Shown one piece after another: positions 25,804 through 33,394 of a stretch of 64,000 nt of DNA (its first letter is position 1; each line of letters begins with the position of its first letter). Both the position numbers and the translations under genes were made by a program. The stretch lies in sequence record NC_048048.2; one strand, 5' to 3'. The notes under the pieces were generated by a model, which ran no database searches, had not been told where the DNA came from, and saw only the letters and a list, made by a program, of their open reading frames with translations.

Positions 25804-26061
25804 ATGCCTCCCATCCCCAAGCCATCGCCAGAGTTCTTGGCCTCGCCCGAGGGGCAAGCCCTCGAAGCTCACTTCGCCGCGATCAGGGAGAAGCACCGGC
25901 CGGCCATGGACGCGGTGATCGCCGAGGCTGCTGCCTACCGTCGCGAAGCCCTCGCCACGCTGAACTCGATCACCGACAAGGCCCTACGCGACAGCGTCGA
26001 GTCTGGCATGTACTGCTGGTTGCCCGCCAGGATCGTTCTGCCCATCCCAGGCTTCGAATGA
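25804..26061 (+). CDS. hypothetical protein
   Basis: AGGA SD; followed by a terminator. Confidence 0.6.
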   Translation: MPPIPKPSPEFLASPEGQALEAHFAAIREKHRPAMDAVIAEAAAYRREALATLNSITDKALRDSVESGMYCWLPARIVLPIPGFE

Positions 26062-26098
26062 AAAAGCCGCCGACCTCAGGTCGGCGGCTTTTCCTTTT
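26061..26098. terminator. bidirectional terminator
   Basis: AAAAAGCCGCCGAC-CTCAG-GTCGGCGGCTTTT. Confidence 0.75.
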
Positions 26099-26345
26099 CC
26101 AGGGCCTCCAGGACCGCTTCTCGCGAAGGAGGGGGCGACAGCATCGCCGGGCTCGCCCCGCCTGAGTAGAACTTCGCCCGGAGGCTGGGCGAGAACGCCC
26201 CCTCGATCCCCGTCGCCAGGGCCATCAGGTCGAAAGCATCGCCTGGGCTGAACCTGATCGTGCCTGTCGAGGGCGCATCGCTGATCTGCTCGCCGGACGA
26301 GCGCAAATCCTTGATGTTCATGATGGTCTCCGTCCTGACCGCCAT
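26076..26345 (-). CDS. hypothetical protein
   Basis: 89-aa ORF converging on the terminator. Confidence 0.45.
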   Translation of the reverse strand: MAVRTETIMNIKDLRSSGEQISDAPSTGTIRFSPGDAFDLMALATGIEGAFSPSLRAKFYSGGASPAMLSPPPSREAVLEALEKEKPPT

Positions 26346-26504
26346 ACCCGATCCGGGGGCCTCGCGCCAGGAGAAATCGGCATTTCACCGAGGGTTCACA
26401 CAGCCGAAGGCTGCCAAAGGGCAATTCCGCAATAGAAACAGGCACTTGAAGTATCTTTCAGCTTGTGCTATAGTCCTTATAAGATCAGAGGGTGGCTCTG
26501 ATCC

Positions 26505-27056
26505 ATGAAGGAAATGAACACGATGCAGGAAGAACGTGATAGCCAGCGGTCCAAGCTCTATAAAGCCGAATTAGTTCTTGCAACTATCAGCCAACCATTG
26601 AAGACGGTCGAAGACATCGACGCCTATCTTCAAAAAGTCATCAACAAAGCTCCCGTACAGGCCCGCTTCAAGCGCGAGACGCGCCGGTCCTTCAAGATCA
26701 AGGATGGGAGAGGGCGCAGGAAACCCGCCGCGACGGGCGACTACATCACCATGCCGGCCTATGGCCGCACCCAGTGGGTCGCCCTACATGAATTCGCGCA
26801 CGTCATCACCATTCGCCGACACGGCATGGCGACCGCTGGCCATGGCTGGCAGTTCGCCGCCATTTACCTGGACCTCGTTCGCTTTGGCATGGGCGTGGAA
26901 GCCCACAGGATGCTCAAGGAGAGCTTCAAGGCCCACAAGGTGCGCTGGACACCCAAGCGCACGCGCACGGCCTCTCCTGAAGCCCTGGAGCGCCTCGCTA
27001 AGGCCCGCGCCGAGATGGCGGCACGACGAAAGGGCCACACGACAGGCGCCGTATAG
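26505..27056 (+). CDS. SprT-like zinc metalloprotease domain protein
   Basis: LHEFAH (HExxH) plus GHG..F; AT-rich TTGAAG...TATAGT promoter upstream. Confidence 0.65.
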   Translation: MKEMNTMQEERDSQRSKLYKAELVLATISQPLKTVEDIDAYLQKVINKAPVQARFKRETRRSFKIKDGRGRRKPAATGDYITMPAYGRTQWVALHEFAHVITIRRHGMATAGHGWQFAAIYLDLVRFGMGVEAHRMLKESFKAHKVRWTPKRTRTASPEALERLAKARAEMAARRKGHTTGAV

Positions 27057-27101
27057 CCTTCAGGTTATATCTTCGTCAGATTTTATAGCCTGTAGGCTAT
27101 G
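27052..27101. promoter_or_regulatory. tandem palindromic operator-like sites TATAGCCT-NN-AGG(C/T)TAT(A/G)
   Basis: Two copies, 27052-27069 and 27084-27101, 32 bp apart. Confidence 0.55.
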
Positions 27102-27109
27102 AGGAAAGA

Positions 27110-27270
27110 TGCGCGACCGGCGAGCGGGCGAAGCCCGTGAGGTGGGAAGCGACCAGGATAAAGGCCTCCCACGACAGTTCCGTGTCGTTGAATGGGGAAA
27201 CGCCATTCGTGGGAGGCCTGCTTGTCTCAGCGGACAGGCTTTGCAGCCTAGGCCGCATCGGGCCTGGGCT
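27110..27270. ncRNA. candidate structured ncRNA
   Basis: Perfect 13-bp inverted repeat (27162-27174 with 27207-27219) plus flanking hairpins; leftward TTGACA promoter at 27293-27298. Confidence 0.45.
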
Positions 27271-27294
27271 CTCTAGGGTGAAGCTTAGAGGCTG

Positions 27295-27894
27295 TCAACC
27301 CGGCGGGCGGACGATAAGATCATCCTGGGTCACCATCACCAGGACACGCGGCTCGTGCTTCAGGGTCGAGGCCTGGGCGCCACGGACCTGATCGCCTGGA
27401 AGGGAAAGTTCCACATAGCCCATCCTCCAGTCGCCGGCGACCTCGGCCCCATCACCGATATCGCTTTGCCCGCCCCTATGGCTCATCATCCTGGCGCGTT
27501 GCTTGGTGGTCAGCATGACCTGGAAGTAGGGAAACTCGTAGGCCAAGTCCGCCAGGAACCCGGTGTGCTTGGAGGGGTAGTGGACGTGAGCGCCGGGCGC
27601 CCGGAACACCCAGACCTCCTGCTCGCCCAGGCGGTCGGGGACCATCAGCGCCTCACGCGCCCGCTTGCGCTCGATGGCCACAGTCTTGCGCATCGCTTCC
27701 ATCTCGACCAGCTTGGCCTGGGACAGTCTCGTCTCCTCGCTTCGGCCCAGGAGTTCGCAGGTCGCGTCGAAACGCGCCTGGACGTCCTTCTTGACCGCCT
27801 CGTAGAGACTGAGGTCCTTGACCTCGGGCGGCGCGCACAGCACCCTGGTCAGGTCCGCGAGCTTGTCGGCGATGTCGGCATAGGCAAGGCTCAC
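27295..27894 (-). CDS. hypothetical protein
   Basis: GTGA overlap with the helicase stop. Confidence 0.6.
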   Translation of the reverse strand: MSLAYADIADKLADLTRVLCAPPEVKDLSLYEAVKKDVQARFDATCELLGRSEETRLSQAKLVEMEAMRKTVAIERKRAREALMVPDRLGEQEVWVFRAPGAHVHYPSKHTGFLADLAYEFPYFQVMLTTKQRARMMSHRGGQSDIGDGAEVAGDWRMGYVELSLPGDQVRGAQASTLKHEPRVLVMVTQDDLIVRPPG

Positions 27895-29771
27895 CCGATG
27901 GTCTCCACGATGTTGTCTTCCTTGACCTTCAGGGCCTGGGCGATGCGAGCGTCCAGTGAGCCGTTTGCCACGAGGTAGTAGATGAAAATCTTGTCGGACG
28001 TCTGCCCGATCCGGCAGACGCGGTCCTCGCACTGCTCCATCATCGCCGGCGTCCAGTCCAGTTCGACGAACGCCACGTCGTGGGCCGTCGTCAAGGTGTG
28101 ACCCACGCCCATGGCGTGGATGTTGCCGATGATCACCCGGCAGCGGTCGGTCTGCTGGAAGGCGTCCACCATGTTCTGGCGTTCGCGCTGGGGGACCTTG
28201 CCGTAGATGTAGGCCGGATTGTACTTCTTCAGACCCTCGATCAGGGCCTCGACCACATCGGTGTGATAGGCGAAGACGACCAGCTTCTCGCCGCCGTCCA
28301 GGAAGGTCTTGATCCAGTCGATCGCGGCCTTGACCTTGGCCATGCCCAGTTCGCGGCGGACCTGGGCGATTTCCTCGAAGTCGATCTTGACGGCCGGCGG
28401 CTCCAGCCCCAGGACCGCCGAGGCAAAGTCCATGTTGAGCTTGCGCGCGTCGGTCTTCTGCTCGCCGTCGCCCATCGCCATGTCCAGGCCCAGGGCCTTG
28501 GCGCGATCGGCGATCATCTGGCCCTGGAAGGCTTCGTAGTCCTCGACGCTGTTGAAGACCTTGTTGGGGTCCGGCGCCGCCATCATGTGCTCGAACAGCC
28601 GCAGGCTCTGGGCCAGTTCGTCTTCCTTGGTGACGAGGTCCCTGATTTCGGCGCTGTCAAGCGCCACGATAGAGCGCGTCTTGGGCGGAAGCTCGGGCAG
28701 GACCTCGCGTTTGAGGCGCCGGATCATGAAGGTGCGGCGCAGCTTCTCGCCCAGTTCCTTCAGGTTGGTGGCGCCCGAGGTGTCCAGGCCATGGTGCGTG
28801 CGGTAGGCGCCGCAGTAGCGGTAGTAGAAGGCTTCCTGATTTCGGCCCAGCCCCGTGGGATCGAAGGCCTTGACGATCGACCAGAACTCCGCCGGCCGAC
28901 TCATCATCGGCGTTCCGGTCAGGAACACCCGGCGACGCGCCTCGATCGGTTTCCAGGTGACCGGCAGGCGCCGGCCTTTCTTGAAGTCCGCCGGCTGGAC
29001 GCCGCCGCAGATGAAGAGGGTTCTCAAGCTGTCGGGGGTCTTCAGGGCGTGGGCCTCGTCGCAGACGAGGTAGTCCCATTCGCGCTCCTTGATCCTCGCG
29101 GTGAAGCGGTCCAGGATTTCGTAGTTGATGATCACCACGTCGGTGTCGGGCCAGACGTCGACGCGCTTGACCCGCTTAAAGCGCGGCTTTCCGTTCTTGA
29201 AATAGCCGTCGGGGACCTTCTCGACGAAGCTCGCCTCGGCGATGCCGACCGTGAGGCCCTGGGTCTGCCATTTGACCCATTCGCGGCGCCAGTTTTCCTT
29301 CAGCGACGCAGGCACCACGACCAACGCGCTGGTGATCGGTGCATCGTCCGTATAGACCCCGATGCTGTTGCCGCCCAGGATCGCCTGGATCGTCTTGCCA
29401 AGGCCCGGCTGGTCGCCGACCAGCGTGTCCTTGCGCATCAGGATGTACTCGACGCCCGCCTTCTGGAACGGGAATGGCCCGATGCCCTGGTCCTTCAGGG
29501 CCTGGGGGATCGGCGGCTCGAAGTCGGTGAAGGCCTGATAGCTGCGCTCCAGGCTGTCGATCGAATGGGCGCGTTGCAGGGATGCGGCCGAAATCGCCGC
29601 TTCGGTCCACACCACGCCTTCGACGGCCGTGGCGATATCGAGATTGGCTGCCACCCAGGCGCGAGGCTTGGAGTCGGCGTCGAGCGTAAAGCCCGCCTTC
29701 TGCCAGATGATCCGTTCTTCATACGTGCCCAGGCCGACGAACCGGCCGTTGCGATAATCAATCCTGGCCAT
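27891..29771 (-). CDS. SNF2/SWI2-family (HARP-like) helicase
   Basis: GDQPGLGKT, DEAH, LTGTP, RRLKREVL.ELP and EQCEDRVCRIGQ motifs. Confidence 0.92.
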   Translation of the reverse strand: MARIDYRNGRFVGLGTYEERIIWQKAGFTLDADSKPRAWVAANLDIATAVEGVVWTEAAISAASLQRAHSIDSLERSYQAFTDFEPPIPQALKDQGIGPFPFQKAGVEYILMRKDTLVGDQPGLGKTIQAILGGNSIGVYTDDAPITSALVVVPASLKENWRREWVKWQTQGLTVGIAEASFVEKVPDGYFKNGKPRFKRVKRVDVWPDTDVVIINYEILDRFTARIKEREWDYLVCDEAHALKTPDSLRTLFICGGVQPADFKKGRRLPVTWKPIEARRRVFLTGTPMMSRPAEFWSIVKAFDPTGLGRNQEAFYYRYCGAYRTHHGLDTSGATNLKELGEKLRRTFMIRRLKREVLPELPPKTRSIVALDSAEIRDLVTKEDELAQSLRLFEHMMAAPDPNKVFNSVEDYEAFQGQMIADRAKALGLDMAMGDGEQKTDARKLNMDFASAVLGLEPPAVKIDFEEIAQVRRELGMAKVKAAIDWIKTFLDGGEKLVVFAYHTDVVEALIEGLKKYNPAYIYGKVPQRERQNMVDAFQQTDRCRVIIGNIHAMGVGHTLTTAHDVAFVELDWTPAMMEQCEDRVCRIGQTSDKIFIYYLVANGSLDARIAQALKVKEDNIVETIG

Positions 29772-30171
29772 GAGCCGCCTGCTGCGCGCGCGATGCCAGG
29801 ATCAGGGCTTCGAGCTTGGTCTGGAGGTATTCGAACGTCGTGGGCGCGGTGATCGCCATGCGCGCGCGGTTGGTCCCGACGCCATCGGCTGGCCAGACCA
29901 CGATGCCGCCCTGCTGGACATGCTTGAAGAGGCGGCGCATGTCCTGGTCGATCATCTTCTTCTGGGCTTCGGTCTCCAGCGGCGCCTCGACGAAGTACAT
30001 CTCGCCGGGGGTGTACTTGGTGCGGATGCCGACGGCGTTCGGCTCGCCGCGTAGCTCGGCGGCTTGGCCGCCGTAGCCCTTGCGCGCCACGTTGTCGCCG
30101 AAGGCGTAGAGCAGGTACGGGTTTCGGCGCGCGTCTTCGCGCTTGATGATCTTCTGGAAGATGACGGGCAT
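29758..30171 (-). CDS. conserved phage protein, possibly macro-like/ADP-ribose related
   Basis: YAFGDN.ARKGYGGQA...NAVGI...DGVGT pattern. Confidence 0.45.
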   Translation of the reverse strand: MPVIFQKIIKREDARRNPYLLYAFGDNVARKGYGGQAAELRGEPNAVGIRTKYTPGEMYFVEAPLETEAQKKMIDQDMRRLFKHVQQGGIVVWPADGVGTNRARMAITAPTTFEYLQTKLEALILASRAQQAAHGQD

Positions 30172-30186
30172 GCCGCCAACTAAGCG

Positions 30187-30218
30187 TTAACCATGTTCCG
30201 TGTCAAGAATTGCGTCAT
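30187..30218 (-). promoter_or_regulatory. leftward promoter motif with TTAACCAT box
   Basis: Minus strand TGACGCAATTCTTGACACGGAACATGGTTAA. Confidence 0.6.
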
Positions 30219-30284
30219 GTGCAAGAGGGCTTGACCTGGGTCACATTCCTTGACACGGTAGGGTATTTCGGCCATGCTTGCCGG

Positions 30285-30542
30285 ATGAATTGTACTTGCC
30301 AGGAACCCGGCTCGAAGCTGGACCTGATCGAGATTTTCGATCGGGATGGCAACCGCGTATGGTATGCGAGGAAGACGTGTCCAATCCACAACCTGATCCT
30401 CGCGGTGAGCGAGACGACCGTGCCGATGACCTCGGCCGCCGAGCCGCCATTCTCCGCCAAGTCCTCGACGACGACACCCCCGACGGAAGACTGGTCCAGC
30501 GTCCGAGCAACCGTCAGAAGGTCGAACAAATTTGCCGATTGA
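30285..30542 (+). CDS. hypothetical Cys/His protein overlapping the next gene
   Basis: High GC3 in this frame for the first ~45 codons; CxC...CPIH. Confidence 0.45.
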   Translation: MNCTCQEPGSKLDLIEIFDRDGNRVWYARKTCPIHNLILAVSETTVPMTSAAEPPFSAKSSTTTPPTEDWSSVRATVRRSNKFAD

Positions 30543-30784
30543 TCGGCGGCAAGCCCGACCAGTTCGACTTGACCGACGACTATGATTTCGATCGGCTGAT
30601 CAGGACGCTGAGCGTCGACAACGCCGTCGCTGGTCTCTATCTGGCCGATCTCCGCGCCCAGTACCACGGCCGCCTCCAGGAGCCGCAGGAAGAGGCGATC
30701 AACGAGTGGTGGTTCGAGCAGTTCGACAACATGCTCATCCTCCTGCGCACGGGCGACGCCCCGCCCAAGAAGCGTCTGCACTGA
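30359..30784 (+). CDS. hypothetical protein
   Basis: High GC3 in the 3' part; start uncertain (30278 or 30359). Confidence 0.55.
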   Translation: MVCEEDVSNPQPDPRGERDDRADDLGRRAAILRQVLDDDTPDGRLVQRPSNRQKVEQICRLIGGKPDQFDLTDDYDFDRLIRTLSVDNAVAGLYLADLRAQYHGRLQEPQEEAINEWWFEQFDNMLILLRTGDAPPKKRLH

Positions 30785-31182
30785 TGTCCGTCAAGAAGCA
30801 CCTGATCCTCTACGCCGATCACGAGACCGGCGGCCTCAAGGCGCGCGTCATCGGCTCGTTCATGCGCAACGGCCAGACCTTCAACGTCATCGCCCCCGGC
30901 TACGATTCCCAGGGCCGCCGGCGCCAATCCTGGACCCAGGTCTGCGTCGACGACGTGCCGGTCTGGGAATGGAAGCTCAAGGCGCCCGTCGCCGACGTTC
31001 TCAAGCAGTTCGACAAGCTGATGTCCAAGTCGATCGGCAAGAACAAGAAGCTTCTCAAGGCCGCAATCGCCCAGACCCAGGCCAATCGTCGATCACGCTT
31101 CAAGGATGGCGTCTCCGGCGTCGAACCGGCGCCGGCCCTGACCAGGGACGGGCGCGAAGCCGGTCCCAGCTACGTGGCGTAG
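30784..31182 (+). CDS. hypothetical protein
   Basis: TGATG coupling; codon bias. Confidence 0.6.
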   Translation: MSVKKHLILYADHETGGLKARVIGSFMRNGQTFNVIAPGYDSQGRRRQSWTQVCVDDVPVWEWKLKAPVADVLKQFDKLMSKSIGKNKKLLKAAIAQTQANRRSRFKDGVSGVEPAPALTRDGREAGPSYVA

Positions 31183-31263
31183 TTAATTCTGCCAGAAGTC
31201 TGTTGACTCCTGTCACGAAACCGCATACCTCTGCTTCACGAAACGTGACACGGAGACACCCGT

Positions 31264-31992
31264 ATGCGCCAAGCCGCCGATATCGTCCACCTCAACCAGT
31301 TGCGGGTCCACGCCCGTCCGTCGACCTTGGCGACCGCGCGCCGCGCGCCGGCCAAGACCAAGAAGGGCGTCCTGCACCGCGCCAAAATCCTCACCCCCGC
31401 CCAGTTCCAGGAACTGCGCGGGCTGGTCGAGGAAGATAGCAAGACGCCTGAGCGTGATCTGGTCGGCATCCTCCTGTCCTTCTACTGCGGCCTGCGCGCC
31501 CAGGAGATCGCCTACCTGGAGTGGGATCGCCACATCCTCGACGCCAAGGGCCGCTTCCGCACCACCGTCCTGGAGGACGGCACGGTCCAGCACACGATCT
31601 TCATCTCGGGCGACATTGGCAAGCGGGGGCGCGAGCGCACCCTGCCGATCCCGCCCCAGATGGTCCAGGCGTTGAAGGACCTGCGCGCCCTGCGCAAGAC
31701 CGATGTCTACGTTTTCCATCGCCTGGACTGCCCGCCGGGCTACGGCCCGCTGCTGGCCAACTCGGTGGCCAAGTGGTTCGGCCGCATCTATGAGCGCTAC
31801 AACTACGACGGCTGCTCCAGCCACAGCGGTCGGCGCACCTTCGTCACTCAGGCCGCGCGCAAGATGCAGTTCGCCGGCTGCTCGCTGCGTGACGTCCAGA
31901 TCATGGCCGGCCACGCCAGCCTCGCCACCACCCAGGCCTATATCGAGCCTTCCGAACAGCAAGGCGCGCTGGTATCGAGCCTCTACGACTAA
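31264..31992 (+). CDS. tyrosine recombinase (catalytic domain only)
   Basis: GLRAQEI (R), HSGRRTF (HxxR), AGHASLATTQAY (H, Y). Confidence 0.9.
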   Translation: MRQAADIVHLNQLRVHARPSTLATARRAPAKTKKGVLHRAKILTPAQFQELRGLVEEDSKTPERDLVGILLSFYCGLRAQEIAYLEWDRHILDAKGRFRTTVLEDGTVQHTIFISGDIGKRGRERTLPIPPQMVQALKDLRALRKTDVYVFHRLDCPPGYGPLLANSVAKWFGRIYERYNYDGCSSHSGRRTFVTQAARKMQFAGCSLRDVQIMAGHASLATTQAYIEPSEQQGALVSSLYD

Positions 31993-32029
31993 GAGCGGTC
32001 GCCCTGTCAACCAGGGCGACCGCAATCCA

Positions 32030-32458
32030 TTAGGAGGCCTGTGGGACTTGCTTGACGACCTGGAGCCACGTGGTGCCGGTCCAGCGGAAGATTGCGATCG
32101 CCGGCCCGAAGTAGTTGGGTTCGATCGAGAACGCCGGGAAGCTAAAGTAGCTCAACCGACCAAAGCCTAGATAGTTGTCGTCGATCTGGAGAGAGCCCGG
32201 CACGAGCGTCTTCAGCGTCAGGGTCGCCTTGTTGCTGATGTCGACGCCGTTACTGATGTGCGACGCACGCCGGATCAGCCGGATGATCAGTTCGTCCCCC
32301 ACTTCCGCGCCTGGGCGCACGAGGCCCGCAAGATTGACGGCGCTATCGGTGCCGAGCAGAAGGTCAACGGCCTTCTCGCCGTTGGGGTTGATGATGAAGG
32401 GCTCGGGCTGATAAAGGTCAGTCGACGAGGCAGGGACCGTAACGATGGGCTTGGACAT
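32030..32458 (-). CDS. hypothetical protein, beta-rich
   Basis: AGGAG SD. Confidence 0.6.
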   Translation of the reverse strand: MSKPIVTVPASSTDLYQPEPFIINPNGEKAVDLLLGTDSAVNLAGLVRPGAEVGDELIIRLIRRASHISNGVDISNKATLTLKTLVPGSLQIDDNYLGFGRLSYFSFPAFSIEPNYFGPAIAIFRWTGTTWLQVVKQVPQAS

Positions 32459-32574
32459 TGATATCTCCTGCGACGACATGTCGCATTGACGACATTAGGT
32501 AAGACTTATGACAGAGTCATTACTGAAAATGAGTATTTCTTGACTGTCCAAACCCTTGACCTTAAGATCAAAGT

Positions 32575-33228
32575 ATGCCGCACCTTTCCCCTACTATTTT
32601 CACCGAAAATCCCTATCAGCCTGAGTGGTTTGAGAGGGACTTTCTGCATAGCCCCGACGGCATCCGGGAGTACCCGGATCACCACTGCAAGCAGACCTTC
32701 AATCTCTCCTTGCCCTTCGTGTCCCGACTGCGACACGCCGTCGACGTGGGATGCCGTGATGGCGAGTACAGCCGCTATCTCCAGCACCATTTCGACAGGG
32801 TGACCTGTTTCGATCCGCGTCACCGGACCCTCTTTCCCTACAACGTCGACCTGACAAAGGTCACGCACTATCTCACCGCCCTGGGCGATGCGCCGGGCGA
32901 GATCGAGATGTTCGGCGGCGGGCACGACCCCAAGGCCGGCAAGCAGGTTACGATGCCCTGCCATACCCTGGACAGCTTTGGCCTTGAGGACGTTGACTAT
33001 CTCAAGATCGACGTCGAAGGCTTCGAGCTTCGGGTGCTGCGAGGCGCCGAGGCCACCATCGAGCGCTTCCGCCCCGTGATCGTCATCGAGCAGAACGATG
33101 CCAGCCTGCCTGGGGAAGACCCCTCTGGCGCCCGCAAATGGCTGGAGGAGCGGGGTTACCAGCACGTGGCGACTTGCCCGCGAGGTTGGGATCACATCAT
33201 GGTTTCGCGGCGCAACAAGGCCGCCTGA
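32575..33228 (+). CDS. FkbM-family SAM-dependent methyltransferase
   Basis: VDVGCRDG; YLKIDVEGFELRVLRGA...RPVIVIE. Confidence 0.85.
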   Translation: MPHLSPTIFTENPYQPEWFERDFLHSPDGIREYPDHHCKQTFNLSLPFVSRLRHAVDVGCRDGEYSRYLQHHFDRVTCFDPRHRTLFPYNVDLTKVTHYLTALGDAPGEIEMFGGGHDPKAGKQVTMPCHTLDSFGLEDVDYLKIDVEGFELRVLRGAEATIERFRPVIVIEQNDASLPGEDPSGARKWLEERGYQHVATCPRGWDHIMVSRRNKAA

Positions 33229-33293
33229 ATCGCGCTCGGAGCTACCCGGAGTGGCTCCGAGTTTCCTGTCGTTTCCGACGTCACATGACGCCG

Positions 33294-33322
33294 AAAATAT
33301 CCTGTGACGCAAATCTTGACAC
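33294..33322 (+). promoter_or_regulatory. primase-helicase promoter motif
   Basis: AAAATATCCTGTGACGCAAATCTTGACAC. Confidence 0.65.
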
Positions 33323-33394
33323 GGGCGCGGAAGTGGTAAATGGTGCCACCCGCAGTGAGGTTGTCGTACCGACGCCTCCCAGAAAAGTTCCCGC

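Noticed and set aside
32490-32575. dif-like or attP site beside the tyrosine recombinase
   Set aside because: TTATGACAGAG only weakly resembles a XerD arm; no 11-6-11 inverted core found
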